This document shows positions 45,591 to 55,730 of a DNA stretch of 64,000 nt, piece by piece. Origin of the DNA: an uncultured Gemmatimonadales bacterium (GTDB lineage Bacteria > Gemmatimonadota > Gemmatimonadetes > Gemmatimonadales > GWC2-71-9); contig CAVOGR010000001.1 of the NCBI GenBank assembly GCA_963695555.1, positions 96,001 through 160,000 of the forward strand. Reading direction: 5' to 3'. Below the pieces are notes generated by a model that saw only the letters and a program-made list of their open reading frames with translations, was not told the origin of the DNA and ran no database searches. The position numbers and the translations under genes are program-made. Each line of letters opens with the position of its first letter. Position 1 is the stretch's first letter.

Positions 45591-46430
45591 TCAGGTCCCC
45601 GGCTGGCCGACTAAGAGCAGCGCCCCCGGAAAGGCCGAGGCCACTTCCTCGATTTCATCAGGAGAGAATTGCTCGGCGCTCACGACCAGGATGCCGGCGC
45701 TGATTCCGTGAGCCATCGCGGCCACTCGAGATGGGCTGTCCTGGCGCACGTGGTAGGGGCGCAACTCCACGGCCTCGTGCTCGGCTCGGTCCAGCAACTC
45801 CTGCGGCAGGTCGGCGCTCGCGCCGGCGGTGATGATCGCGAGTGGCTGGGCACTCCGGCGGGCGACGCCAAGCGCAATCGTGAGGGCTCGACGGCCGGCC
45901 GCCGAGTCATTGAAGAGGAGTGCGACGGGCGACGCCAGGCGCACGCGTTGGCTGATCACGAATACCAGGCCACGCCGCCCCCCGGCGAGTGCCCGCGCCG
46001 TCGATCCGAGTCCCGATCGGCCTGTCCGCGCGCGCTCGCCCCGACCGATGGCCACCACATCCGTTTCGCCCAGGGCGGTGCGCAATGCCGTGACCACGTT
46101 GCCCTGCACGGTTCGAAAGCTGGCGCGCACGCGTCTGCGGTCCGCCGCCTGTCGAAGATGCGCGTGGGCCCGGTCGGCCAGGGCTTGGAGCTGGCGCTCA
46201 ACGTCGGGTCGGGTCGATTTGCGGAACTCACCACTCACGTGCCCCACCTCGACGGCGAATGGCAACGATGCCCAGCGAAGCAGGTTGATGTCCTCAACGA
46301 ACACACCTTCCACTTCGGCGCCCCACTGGGCGGCCAGATCGAGGGCAGCCTCCAGGGCCGCCAAGCTGGAAGCCGAGGCGTCGAGCGCCACAGTGATGCG
46401 GCGGATCACCTCGGGTGGGTGCGTTGTCAT
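45591..46430 (-). CDS. Universal stress protein-like (tandem USP fold)
   Basis: RITVALDAS, GVFVEDINL, DVVAIGR...GLGSTARAL. Confidence 0.8.
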   Translation of the reverse strand: MTTHPPEVIRRITVALDASASSLAALEAALDLAAQWGAEVEGVFVEDINLLRWASLPFAVEVGHVSGEFRKSTRPDVERQLQALADRAHAHLRQAADRRRVRASFRTVQGNVVTALRTALGETDVVAIGRGERARTGRSGLGSTARALAGGRRGLVFVISQRVRLASPVALLFNDSAAGRRALTIALGVARRSAQPLAIITAGASADLPQELLDRAEHEAVELRPYHVRQDSPSRVAAMAHGISAGILVVSAEQFSPDEIEEVASAFPGALLLVGQPGT

Positions 46431-48892
46431 GCCTCGTCCTTGGCCACGGGGGCGGAGGCGAGGGCAGGGACGTTGAAGTCTTTGCGAACCTGGGCGAAAC
46501 TGGCCAGACGTGCCTCGACCAATGCGTTCACCGTTCCAGCCGGGTAGGGGCCGTCCTTGATGCTCCGCTCTCCGGCCTCCTGATTGGTCAGCAGCTCAAT
46601 GGCCTGATCGACTTCGTCGACAGGGTAGATATGAAAGCGGCCTTGGGCGATTGCGTCCCGCACTTCCTGGCGCAGGACCAGGTTCTCCACGTTGGCCGTG
46701 GGTAGGAGGACGCCCTCGGCTCCGGTCAGCCCGCGTTGGCGGCAGATATCGAAGAATCCCTCGATCTTCTCCGTGACACCGCCGACGGCCTGGACCTGGC
46801 CGCGCTGGTTGACCGAGCCGGTTACGGCGAGCGATTGCCTGATCGGGACTTCGGCAATGGCGGAGATGAGCGCAATCAATTCCGCGAGTGAGGCGCTATC
46901 TCCTTCGACCCCGGCGTAGGTCTGCTCGAACACCAGGCTGGCCGCGAGAGACAGCGGTTTGTCCGGCGAATATCGCGCTCCGAGGTAAGCCCCGAGAATC
47001 AGGACTCCTTTGGAGTGGATTGGGCCGCCAAGCTCCACCTCCCGCTCGATATCGACAACGTTGCCCTGGCCCAGCCGTACCCGTGCGGTGATGCGACTGG
47101 GATGCCCGAAGGCGAAATTCCCGAATGAAATGACCGAGATCCCGTTGACCTGCCCGACCACGGCAGTCGTCGTATCGATCATGATCCGGCCGCGACTGAT
47201 TTCCTCCTGGAATCGGTCGCGCAGCCGGTCCGCGCGGTACACACGGTCTTGGATGGCCCGGTCGACATGCGCCTCCGTCACGACCTTTGCCCCATCCTGG
47301 CCCGCCAGGTAGTTGGCCTCGCGCAGCACGTCGACGATCGTGGCGATTTGGAGTGTGAGTTTCCGCCGATCGCCGGCGATCCGGGCACTGTGCTCGGTCA
47401 GACGGCCGATGCCGGAGCCGTCCAGTGGCATGAGCGACTTCTCCCGCACCAGCTTGGCGACGAGTTGTACGTAGTGGCGTAGGTTGTCCTCGGTCCGGTC
47501 CATGCGGTCGTCGAAGTCCGCACCGACCTTGAACAGCTCCTCAAAGTCCGGATCGTGTTGACAGAGCAAGTAGTACAGCATCGGACTCCCCGTGAGGATT
47601 ACCAGGACCTGGAGCGCCATGGGCTCTGGCTCGAGGGTCACGGAACTCACGAGGCTGAGTGCCTGACCCAGGGACTCGATGCGGAGGCGGTGGGACTGTA
47701 ATGCTCGCTTCAGGCCCTCCCACGCAAAGGTGTTGCCCAGCAGTTTGTGGGCTTCGAGCATGAGGTAGCCGCCGTTCGCGCGGTGCAGCGCTCCGGCTTT
47801 GATCAAGGTGAAATCCGTCACGAGGGCGCCCAACTGTGCCAGATGCTCGATCCGCCCGATCAGGTTGTCGTAGGTCGGGTTGTCTTCGTGGACAATGGGC
47901 GCCCCGTCGGTTTCGGCATGGTCTACCAGCAAGTTGACCTGGAATCGCTTCAGCATGGTGGTGCTGTCCGGGCGCCCCGCGCCCTCGCCGAGGAGCGCGG
48001 ACAGGCCGGTTTGCTCCGGCTCGGCCAAGTCCTTCGCGTTTTCGATCACATCTGTTCGAACAGCCTCGAGATATTCGACGACGTGGGGAAGTTGCTCGTA
48101 CTTCTTTCTTGTCTCGTCCATCAGGTGCCCCACGGCGAGGCTTGTGACCTCCCGCATGAGGTCACGGAGCCGTTCTCGTCGCTCACGATTCAGTTTTGGG
48201 ATTTGGCGGAGCGTTCGCTGCACCTCATCCTGATAGGCATTCATCCGCTCTTTGAGGCGTTCCTGTTCCTCCTTGGGCAGTTGCTCGAATTCTTCCCCGG
48301 AAATCACTTCTCCCTCGCGGAGGGGTGCAAAGGCAAGCCCCACCGGTGTCCGAAGCAGCGCCAGGCCCTCCGCCTTGGCCCGATCCGCGATTGCGCGCAG
48401 GTCACGATCCGGTCGCTCTTTGAACTCGTCGTTGATGACCTGCTGGCGAGTGTGGTATTCCTCGCTGTCGAGCGCGGTCCTCAGGGCAGTCAGTAGTTCC
48501 TCGACGAGCTGCGCCATGGTGTGCCTGAATTCCGCGCCGGTCCCGCTGGGCAGGGCAATGAGCCTCGGACGATGCTGATCTTCGAAATTGTGCACGTAGC
48601 AGAGGTCTGATGGAGAGGGCCGGGAGGTGGCCGTCTTGCTGAGATACTCTCGAATCAGGGACTCCTTGCCGGTCCCTGGGAGCCCAAAGGCGAAGATGTT
48701 GTATCCGTCCTCCACCATCCCAACGCCGAGTTCGATGGCAGCCACGGCTCGCGGCTGGCCGACGGCTCCATCCAAGTCCTCGATGTCATCCGTGGTGGTG
48801 AAATGGGCGGCGTCGAGCGGGGGATGAAACTCGAGATCCTCCACCGCGAGTTCCCGTATCGTCTTCACGCGTTGGTTCCTCCGGGTGTGCAC
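46427..48892 (-). CDS. Lon-like ATP-dependent protease (AAA_32 + Lon_C; LonB/LonC-type)
   Basis: GQPRA, GLPGTGK, GALHRANGGYL, VEGDSAS (Ser), GGVTEKIEGF (Lys). Confidence 0.92.
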   Translation of the reverse strand: MHTRRNQRVKTIRELAVEDLEFHPPLDAAHFTTTDDIEDLDGAVGQPRAVAAIELGVGMVEDGYNIFAFGLPGTGKESLIREYLSKTATSRPSPSDLCYVHNFEDQHRPRLIALPSGTGAEFRHTMAQLVEELLTALRTALDSEEYHTRQQVINDEFKERPDRDLRAIADRAKAEGLALLRTPVGLAFAPLREGEVISGEEFEQLPKEEQERLKERMNAYQDEVQRTLRQIPKLNRERRERLRDLMREVTSLAVGHLMDETRKKYEQLPHVVEYLEAVRTDVIENAKDLAEPEQTGLSALLGEGAGRPDSTTMLKRFQVNLLVDHAETDGAPIVHEDNPTYDNLIGRIEHLAQLGALVTDFTLIKAGALHRANGGYLMLEAHKLLGNTFAWEGLKRALQSHRLRIESLGQALSLVSSVTLEPEPMALQVLVILTGSPMLYYLLCQHDPDFEELFKVGADFDDRMDRTEDNLRHYVQLVAKLVREKSLMPLDGSGIGRLTEHSARIAGDRRKLTLQIATIVDVLREANYLAGQDGAKVVTEAHVDRAIQDRVYRADRLRDRFQEEISRGRIMIDTTTAVVGQVNGISVISFGNFAFGHPSRITARVRLGQGNVVDIEREVELGGPIHSKGVLILGAYLGARYSPDKPLSLAASLVFEQTYAGVEGDSASLAELIALISAIAEVPIRQSLAVTGSVNQRGQVQAVGGVTEKIEGFFDICRQRGLTGAEGVLLPTANVENLVLRQEVRDAIAQGRFHIYPVDEVDQAIELLTNQEAGERSIKDGPYPAGTVNALVEARLASFAQVRKDFNVPALASAPVAKDEA

Positions 48893-48914
48893 GCCGGTCA
48901 GGGCGGGTCCGGCG

Positions 48915-49382
48915 CTAAACCTTGGACGCGATCTTCAGGACCGAGGGCTGCACCAAGCGGGCGAAGTCGCGGTATGGTAACTGCACCAATTCGGTAAAGG
49001 ACCCTGCGTTGAAGGCGATCTTCTCGTCCTCAGCCAGACTTTCCGCAACGAAGGTCTCGACCCCGAACAGATTGCCAAACGGCGGCATGGCGCCCACCTC
49101 GCAATCGGGGAATTCCTCGAGCATCTCATACTCGGTCGCCAACTCCACGGTCCGTGCCCCGGTGGCCAGGCGTAGGAGATCGAAATCCACTTGGTAGGAA
49201 GCCGGGAGCACGACCAAGGCTGGCTGTTCGTCCAGCTTGACCACCACCGTCTTGGCCAGCTCCTTGCCTGGGATGTGGGCTGAAGCGGCGATTTCCTGAG
49301 CCGTATAGGCCGGCGAGTGGCTGAGGGTGACGTACTTGACGGCGTGGCTGTCCAGGAACTCCTTGAGCTTCTCGAGCGGCAT
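48915..49382 (-). CDS. YbaK/EbsC/ProX family aminoacyl-tRNA deacylase
   Basis: HSPAYTAQE, LAKTVV, CEVGAMPPFG. Confidence 0.9.
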   Translation of the reverse strand: MPLEKLKEFLDSHAVKYVTLSHSPAYTAQEIAASAHIPGKELAKTVVVKLDEQPALVVLPASYQVDFDLLRLATGARTVELATEYEMLEEFPDCEVGAMPPFGNLFGVETFVAESLAEDEKIAFNAGSFTELVQLPYRDFARLVQPSVLKIASKV

Positions 49383-49579
49383 GGCTGCCTCCTTCCGTGG
49401 CCCGATCCCCTAAATACTCTCGGTGCCCTAAAGGAAGAGTGAACGCTGACTGAAGGCTTGGGAAGGGGGTCGCCAGGCGGAATCAGGTTCGTGATTGACA
49501 CGGACCGGTGGCGGGGTCATCATCGGCGCAGGGCCCCTTCGTCCCTCCACGCACCTTTTCCGTTTTGGATGCTACCCTT

Positions 49580-50605
49580 ATGTCGACGTTGTCGGCCGAA
49601 CAATCCCGACTCACCACCATTTCCCTCGTGATTCTCGCTGCCGCGGCCATCACGGCCGCGCTGGCCTACACCCGTGCGGTCATGGTGCCGTTCGTCCTGG
49701 CCATCTTCCTGGCCTATCTCCTCGCCCCCCTCGTCGAGCTCCTCCAGAACCGGCTTCGGGCGCCACGTGCGTTGGCCATCTTCTGCGCATTACTCGTGGC
49801 CGGCGGATTGCTCACCCTGCTCGGCGTGCTCATCACCACCTCGACGAAGGGACTGCTGGAATCGGCGGACATCTACCGCGACCGCCTGGCCCAATGGGCG
49901 GAGCAGGGCTTGGTATTCCTCGAGCGACTCGGTGTCGACACCGCCGGCATCACGGTGCCGGAGACCATCCAGCGGCTACCCGTGTCGCGCCTCGTGCAGG
50001 GTGTGGCCGAAACGGCACTGGGGCTGTTCACGTCCGGGGGGCTCGTGCTGATCTTCCTCATTTACTTGCTGAGCGGCAGGCGCCGGGCGGGACAACGATC
50101 AGAGGTGTCTGCGGAAATCGACAAGTCGGTTCGGCGCTATATCGTTCTCAAGGTCGGCACCTCCGCTGCGACGGGCATTCTGGTCGGTATAATTCTGAGC
50201 CTGTTTGGGCTCGATCTGGCGGTGGTGTTCGGGATACTGGCGTTCTTCCTCAACTTCATCCCCTCCATCGGTTCCATTATCGCCACCCTTCTGCCCATCC
50301 CCATTGCCATCATCCAGTTCGATAGCGTATGGCCGATCCTTGGGGTCTTCGCTTTTCCCGGGCTCGTCCAAATGGCGATCGGCAACGGCCTCGAACCGGT
50401 CATCATGGGGCGTCGTCTCGATCTCCATCCGATCACAGTGCTGCTCGCCCTACTCTTTTGGGGACTCCTGTGGGGTGTCGTGGGGATGCTGCTGGCGGCG
50501 CCGATGACCGCGGTCGTTCGGATCGTGCTTGACCGGGTGGAGACGACCCGTCCCATGGCCGATCTCCTCGCGGGACGCCTCCCGTGGGATCCGGAGCCGG
50601 CGTGA
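49580..50605 (+). CDS. AI-2E family transporter
   Basis: FFLNFIPSIGS, LEPVIMG..LDLHP, WG.LWGVVGMLLAAP. Confidence 0.92.
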   Translation: MSTLSAEQSRLTTISLVILAAAAITAALAYTRAVMVPFVLAIFLAYLLAPLVELLQNRLRAPRALAIFCALLVAGGLLTLLGVLITTSTKGLLESADIYRDRLAQWAEQGLVFLERLGVDTAGITVPETIQRLPVSRLVQGVAETALGLFTSGGLVLIFLIYLLSGRRRAGQRSEVSAEIDKSVRRYIVLKVGTSAATGILVGIILSLFGLDLAVVFGILAFFLNFIPSIGSIIATLLPIPIAIIQFDSVWPILGVFAFPGLVQMAIGNGLEPVIMGRRLDLHPITVLLALLFWGLLWGVVGMLLAAPMTAVVRIVLDRVETTRPMADLLAGRLPWDPEPA

Positions 50606-50735
50606 TTCAGCCGGTACTGATGTCGTTGCCCGCGCGGTGTGAGGACTTCATGAAGAAGACATCAGGCGAATGCTTACCATTGGGTCATGCTGTCTGGCTA
50701 GGTTGGTGGCGGTGGTCGGATCTAACGGAGTCGAC

Positions 50736-51188
50736 ATGACCTGGCTGCTTCCGTTGTGGCGCGTCGGGTGCCGCGCCGGCGCTCCTTGGACCATCGTGCT
50801 CGTCTCCGTGGGACTGCTCGGTGGCGTGCACGCATCGCCGTTGTTTGGGCAGAAACGGGCCGTCGCGATTCCCGAGGGTGTCACTGACTCCACCATTGCC
50901 GTGGGTCGAGAGCTGTTCCATGGGATGGCCGACTGCTCGGGATGCCATGCTCACGACGGGACGGGCACCCAGGCCGGCCCCGATCTCACCGATGCGGCCT
51001 GGCTGCACGGTGACGGCTCGTACGGGATGGTCGTGAAGCTGGTCACCCACGGGGTGACCCGATTCGAGTCGACCAAGGGCCGCCCGATGCCGATGCGTGG
51101 CTGGGTTCCGATCGATGATGGCGAGGTCCGGGCGGTGGCGGCCTATGTCTGGTCACTCGGCACGGGGCGCCGCGGCGGAGTCGAGTGA
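50736..51188 (+). CDS. Class I cytochrome c
   Basis: CSGCH heme motif; GPDLTD..WLHG; MPM distal Met. Confidence 0.88.
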   Translation: MTWLLPLWRVGCRAGAPWTIVLVSVGLLGGVHASPLFGQKRAVAIPEGVTDSTIAVGRELFHGMADCSGCHAHDGTGTQAGPDLTDAAWLHGDGSYGMVVKLVTHGVTRFESTKGRPMPMRGWVPIDDGEVRAVAAYVWSLGTGRRGGVE

Positions 51189-51234
51189 CCGGTGACGGCC
51201 GCTCGGCACGACTAGTTGATCACGGTAAGGGAGT

Positions 51235-52029
51235 TTAGCCGTGCCGCCGCCGCGGTGGCCACGGGATGAACGCGCTCGTTGCCTGTAAGTAGTCGCGATA
51301 ACCGGGCTTGGTTTCGGTCAGGGTCTTCTCGAGAAGCGCAACGCCCGAGATCTTGAGCAACAGGATGGTCATGAGGATCGGACTCACGATGGTCCACCAC
51401 GACCCGGGGTTGGCAGCCGCCATCAGAAAGAAGCCCCACCAGACCATTGCGTCGCCGAAGTAGTTGGGATGCCGGGTGTAACGCCACAGGCCCCGGTCCA
51501 AGATCTTTCCCCGATTTGCGGGATCGGCTTTGAAACGCGATAGCTGCCAGTCGCCTACGGTCTCGAAGAACAGGCCGATAGCGAACGCTAGGATGGCGGC
51601 TATATCGAGCGCGGTGAGATGCTCCGGTCCTGGCTGGCGGAATACTTCGAAGAGAGGGAAGGCGACGATCCACAGAATGACTGCCTGGAGCCAAAAGACG
51701 GTCACGAGGCTGACCCACGCAAAGCGCGTCCCGTGGGAAGCTCGCATTGCCTGATAGCGGTAGTCTTCCGGGGTGCCCCATTTCCGGCGGAGGAGGTAGA
51801 GCGACAACCGAAGGCCCCAGACAGTGACCATGGTCAGCAGGACGATCTGCCGCGGGGTCTGCGCGCCCAAGCCGAGCGCATAGATACTCGCGAGCACGAT
51901 GAAGCCGAGGCCCCAGGCGATATCGATGATGCTGACATCGCGCAATGCGAGGCTCAGAAGCCAGATGATAATACCGAGACTCAGGATGCTGAGTAAGCCA
52001 AACAAGGCTATGAACAAGGCATGGGGCAT
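51235..52029 (-). CDS. DUF1295 (steroid 5-alpha-reductase-like) membrane protein
   Basis: IDIAWG, WGLRL, EDYRY, GLWRYTRHPNYFG. Confidence 0.9.
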   Translation of the reverse strand: MPHALFIALFGLLSILSLGIIIWLLSLALRDVSIIDIAWGLGFIVLASIYALGLGAQTPRQIVLLTMVTVWGLRLSLYLLRRKWGTPEDYRYQAMRASHGTRFAWVSLVTVFWLQAVILWIVAFPLFEVFRQPGPEHLTALDIAAILAFAIGLFFETVGDWQLSRFKADPANRGKILDRGLWRYTRHPNYFGDAMVWWGFFLMAAANPGSWWTIVSPILMTILLLKISGVALLEKTLTETKPGYRDYLQATSAFIPWPPRRRHG

Positions 52030-52150
52030 ATGGTCCTACCGGCTAGTGGAACACCGCTCTGCTGGAGGCGGTGCGGCCTCTCCGTCTCGGTTAGCTGATT
52101 CCTTCTTATTCACTCACCGTCCAGTCGCACTCAGGAGTCGGTAGAGCCCC

Positions 52151-53323
52151 ATGAGTAAGCTGCTCCACCCGGCCTCGCAAGTTCTCAATGGACGCTTTCG
52201 GACGCCCATTCGCCTGCTGCTGCTCCTGTTCCTGTTGTTCGTGTTCCTGGTCGGTGTCAAGGGCATGGGCGACGGCTTCAAGCTGCTGGGCAAGGATGTA
52301 CTGGAGAAGTTCTTCACCGCTACCGAGAACCCCTTTATGGGGCTCATCATCGGTATTCTGGCCACCTCGCTGGTGCAGAGCTCGTCGGTGACAACGTCGA
52401 TGATCGTTGGGCTGGTGGCGAGCCCTGAGAACCCACTGCCCATCGCCAATGCCGTCCCGATGATCATGGGGGCTAACATCGGGACCACCGTCACCAACAT
52501 GATCGTGTCGTTAGCCCACATGGGGCGGCGTGAGGAGTTTCGACGGGCATTTGCGGTGGCCACGGTGCATGATTTCTTCAACATCATGGCCGTCGCCATC
52601 CTGCTTCCGCTCGAGATGGCGACCGGGTATCTGCAGAGGACATCCGGCCTCTTCGTGTCGGCCGTGAGCGGCCTCACTGGTGCCCAGTATGAAAGCCCGA
52701 TCAAGGGCGCCATCGCCGAGGGCGTGCACCCCATCAAAGAGTTGGCGGCAGTCCTTTTCAGCTCTCAACAAGGGCAGGGAATTCTCCTGGCCCTCATCAG
52801 CGGCGGGCTGATATTCATTGCGCTGTTTGCCTTGGTACGCGTGATGCGCAGCGTAATGATGACACGGGTGGAAACCTACATCAATCGCTTTGTCGGCGGG
52901 CCGGCCTTGCTCGCCATCGCCGTGGGTGCGGTCGTAACGGTCATGGTACAGTCGAGTTCGATTACGACCTCACTCCTCGTGCCGCTGGCCGGCGCAGGGT
53001 TGTTGACGGCCCAGCAGGCATTCCCCCTCACGATCGGGGCGAATCTCGGGACGACGGTGACGGCTCTCCTCGCCTCCCTGGCGGTATCTGGTGTGAACGC
53101 CGAAGCTGGCATTCACATTGCGCTGGTGCATCTGCTCTTCAACCTGACCGGCGCAGGTATCATATTTCCGATTCGAAGGATTCGGCAAATCCCCGTGGCG
53201 GGGGCGGAATGGCTTGCCGGGTTCACGGCACGCTCGCGCCGCTGGGCGCTCGTCTATGTGTTCGGAGTGTTCTATGGTATCCCGGCACTGCTCGTCTTCC
53301 TGTACTCCCTGCTCCGTCGTTAG
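52151..53323 (+). CDS. Na+/phosphate cotransporter (NptA/SLC34-like)
   Basis: Two QSSS repeats each followed by GAN[IL]GTT. Confidence 0.92.
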   Translation: MSKLLHPASQVLNGRFRTPIRLLLLLFLLFVFLVGVKGMGDGFKLLGKDVLEKFFTATENPFMGLIIGILATSLVQSSSVTTSMIVGLVASPENPLPIANAVPMIMGANIGTTVTNMIVSLAHMGRREEFRRAFAVATVHDFFNIMAVAILLPLEMATGYLQRTSGLFVSAVSGLTGAQYESPIKGAIAEGVHPIKELAAVLFSSQQGQGILLALISGGLIFIALFALVRVMRSVMMTRVETYINRFVGGPALLAIAVGAVVTVMVQSSSITTSLLVPLAGAGLLTAQQAFPLTIGANLGTTVTALLASLAVSGVNAEAGIHIALVHLLFNLTGAGIIFPIRRIRQIPVAGAEWLAGFTARSRRWALVYVFGVFYGIPALLVFLYSLLRR

Positions 53324-53343
53324 CGACGGGATGAGGCTCGGCT

Positions 53344-54054
53344 ATGCTACGTGAGCTACTCAGCATTCTACGGTCCGAAAACCCGCTCGGCGCCATGGGC
53401 GAAGAGTTTCGCCAGATGCTCAATGTGACCTACCACATGACCATGCTCGCGGGGGAGTTCTATTTCGGGAAGAAGCCCACGCCCGAGGAACGCTCCCACA
53501 TCTACCATGAAGACCGTGAGGTCAATATGGCGGAGCGGCGGATCCGGAAGCTGGTGGTGTCGCATCTGTCGATTCCGAGCAACCGTGCGAGCGTGCCCTA
53601 CTGTCTCATCCTGATGAGCCTGGTCAAAGATGTCGAGCGCCTCGGTGACTATGCGAAAAATCTCTCTGAGGTGGTGGACATCTACCCGGAGCCACTGCCA
53701 GACGACGACAACGTGCGAGAGTTGCAGGAAATCCGGGTCGGCGTCGAGCGAGCATTCCAGGCGGCGTCGGAGGTATTCGAGAACTCAGATCGCGAGCAGG
53801 CTCTGGAGCTGATCCTCGCCGGCCGCGAGCTGGCACATCGGACCGACGCACTGCTGACTCGGGTGGCCCAAGGGCCGTACGATGCGGGCACGGCGACCGC
53901 GCTGGTGCTCGGCGCGCGGTACTACAAGCGCATTGGTGGGCACGTGCTCAACGTGCTGTCCAGCGTTGTGATGCCGGTGCACAAGGTGGACTACTACGAT
54001 GAAGATGAGGTGCCTGAAACCGTGACCCGCCAGGCACCCGAGCCCAAGCGCTAG
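53344..54054 (+). CDS. PhoU-domain phosphate uptake regulator
   Basis: DREVNMAER.IR, KDVERLGDYAKN, RYYKRIGGHVLN. Confidence 0.85.
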   Translation: MLRELLSILRSENPLGAMGEEFRQMLNVTYHMTMLAGEFYFGKKPTPEERSHIYHEDREVNMAERRIRKLVVSHLSIPSNRASVPYCLILMSLVKDVERLGDYAKNLSEVVDIYPEPLPDDDNVRELQEIRVGVERAFQAASEVFENSDREQALELILAGRELAHRTDALLTRVAQGPYDAGTATALVLGARYYKRIGGHVLNVLSSVVMPVHKVDYYDEDEVPETVTRQAPEPKR

Positions 54055-54422
54055 AAGGGCTTGAACACCGCCAAATAGGCTGCAACCAACCCCAGCAGTG
54101 GGAGCAGCAGGTAGAGCATTTTGGCCGATTGCGGCTTGCGATAGGGGAGAAAGAATATGCCCCCCGCCACCAGCCACACGACGATCTTGGCCACCGCCCA
54201 CCCCGGCAGCCCGCCCTGTACGAACCCCAGGCGCGCCAGCATTCCGAAGCCTGCCAGCAGGATCAGAAACAGGCCAAGGCCGTGCATCGCGGCCGCTGCC
54301 TTCCGGCCTCGATTCCCCTCCTTGGTCCCCCCATTCCACGCATGAAGGGTGACGCCGCCCAGGGCGACGAACAGGAGGAGTATGCCGAGGACGTGGAGTA
54401 TCTTGTAGAACTCGTATGACAT
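54051..54422 (-). CDS. Small 4-TM hypothetical protein (SirB2-like)
   Basis: YKILHVLG...HGLGL..ILLAGFGML...W..AK. Confidence 0.75.
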   Translation of the reverse strand: MSYEFYKILHVLGILLLFVALGGVTLHAWNGGTKEGNRGRKAAAAMHGLGLFLILLAGFGMLARLGFVQGGLPGWAVAKIVVWLVAGGIFFLPYRKPQSAKMLYLLLPLLGLVAAYLAVFKPF

Positions 54423-54445
54423 GAGAGTCCCTCTCGTTGAGCGTG

Positions 54446-55711
54446 TTAGGGAACGGCCACGGCTCCGCCTGGAATCCGCAACATCACGCGAACCGAATCG
54501 AGACTCCCGTCGGTGGCCGCAGGAACGAGTCCGAGGATGTGGGCCATGAGGGCGTACAGATGGATGTTCTGGAAGGACGGGATCCGAGCACCGTCCTTGA
54601 AACTTGGTCCGTCCGCGACGAAGACGCCCTTCATCGACTCGAGCGCGTTGTCATAGCCGTGGTTTGCACCCGCAAACCATGCGGGGTTCTCCTCGAAGCG
54701 TGCCCGGGTCGTAATCGACCACCCTTCATCAGCGATGCCAATGATGGCCGGAATACGCGGATTCGTCCCATAGTGGAGCCGCAGCGGTATATCCTCTTTC
54801 CGATACACCTGGAGATGCGGATGGGCGTGGGCCAGCGTCCGATAGACGTCGTCGATGCGGTCGGGCGGTGGCGCGATCGCAATCACCGGGGACCAGTCCA
54901 CGACACGGACGGTTGCGAGGTCGACGTAGTCGTCGATCAGAATGACGGTCTCGGGAGAGGTGTCGGCCATGCCATGGTCGGTCGTGACAATCACGTCTAC
55001 CTTATCCCGAAGGCGGCGAGCTTCGAGTCCGGCGATCAAACGGGCAATCACCTGATCGACGCGCGCCAAACCGTCATTGACCTCGAGCGAGCGGGTGCCA
55101 TAGCGGTGGCCCGCTTCATCGATCGCACTGATGTAGAGGGTGAGGAAGGTGGGTCGCCGTTGGGGTGGGAGATCGAGCCATGCCAACACAGAGTCGACCC
55201 GCGCGGCGTCGGGAATATCACCATCATACGGCACCCAATAGGTCGGACGGGTACCCCGGATCTCGGCTTCGGAGCCCGGCCAAAACATCGGCGCCGTCGG
55301 TTGTCCCTGTTGTTCGGCCGTCACCCAGATCGGCTCGCCGCCCCACCAGCGTCCATCGGCCACCGCGTCCCGGATGCTCAACCCGAACCTGGCCTGGAGC
55401 ACCGGGTCCCACATGTTGTTGGCTACGATGCCGTGATGATCGGGATAGAGCCCGGTGACCATGGTGTAGTGGTTGGGGAACGTCTTCGTAGGGAAGGCGG
55501 GGACGATTCCCGGGGCACGAACGCCCGCTGCGGCGAGACGCCGCAGGTTCACCATGGCCGGCCGGTCGATGTAATCCCAGCGGAGACCGTCCACCGACAC
55601 CAAGATGACGGTGGGCCGGACAGACTCGGGCACGACCCGGCCGGGAGAGCAGGCGCTTGGGGCCAGCACCCCGATCGAAAACGCCACGGCGATGAACAGA
55701 CGACGGTTCAT
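54446..55711 (-). CDS. Ectonucleotide pyrophosphatase/phosphodiesterase (alkaline phosphatase superfamily), lipoprotein
   Basis: VSVDGLRWDY, PTKTFPNHY..VTGLYP (Thr nucleophile), DEAGH, TDHG, NHGY; start ATG 55711. Confidence 0.93.
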   Translation of the reverse strand: MNRRLFIAVAFSIGVLAPSACSPGRVVPESVRPTVILVSVDGLRWDYIDRPAMVNLRRLAAAGVRAPGIVPAFPTKTFPNHYTMVTGLYPDHHGIVANNMWDPVLQARFGLSIRDAVADGRWWGGEPIWVTAEQQGQPTAPMFWPGSEAEIRGTRPTYWVPYDGDIPDAARVDSVLAWLDLPPQRRPTFLTLYISAIDEAGHRYGTRSLEVNDGLARVDQVIARLIAGLEARRLRDKVDVIVTTDHGMADTSPETVILIDDYVDLATVRVVDWSPVIAIAPPPDRIDDVYRTLAHAHPHLQVYRKEDIPLRLHYGTNPRIPAIIGIADEGWSITTRARFEENPAWFAGANHGYDNALESMKGVFVADGPSFKDGARIPSFQNIHLYALMAHILGLVPAATDGSLDSVRVMLRIPGGAVAVP

Positions 55712-55730
55712 GAAGGGTTGACGGTTGAGG

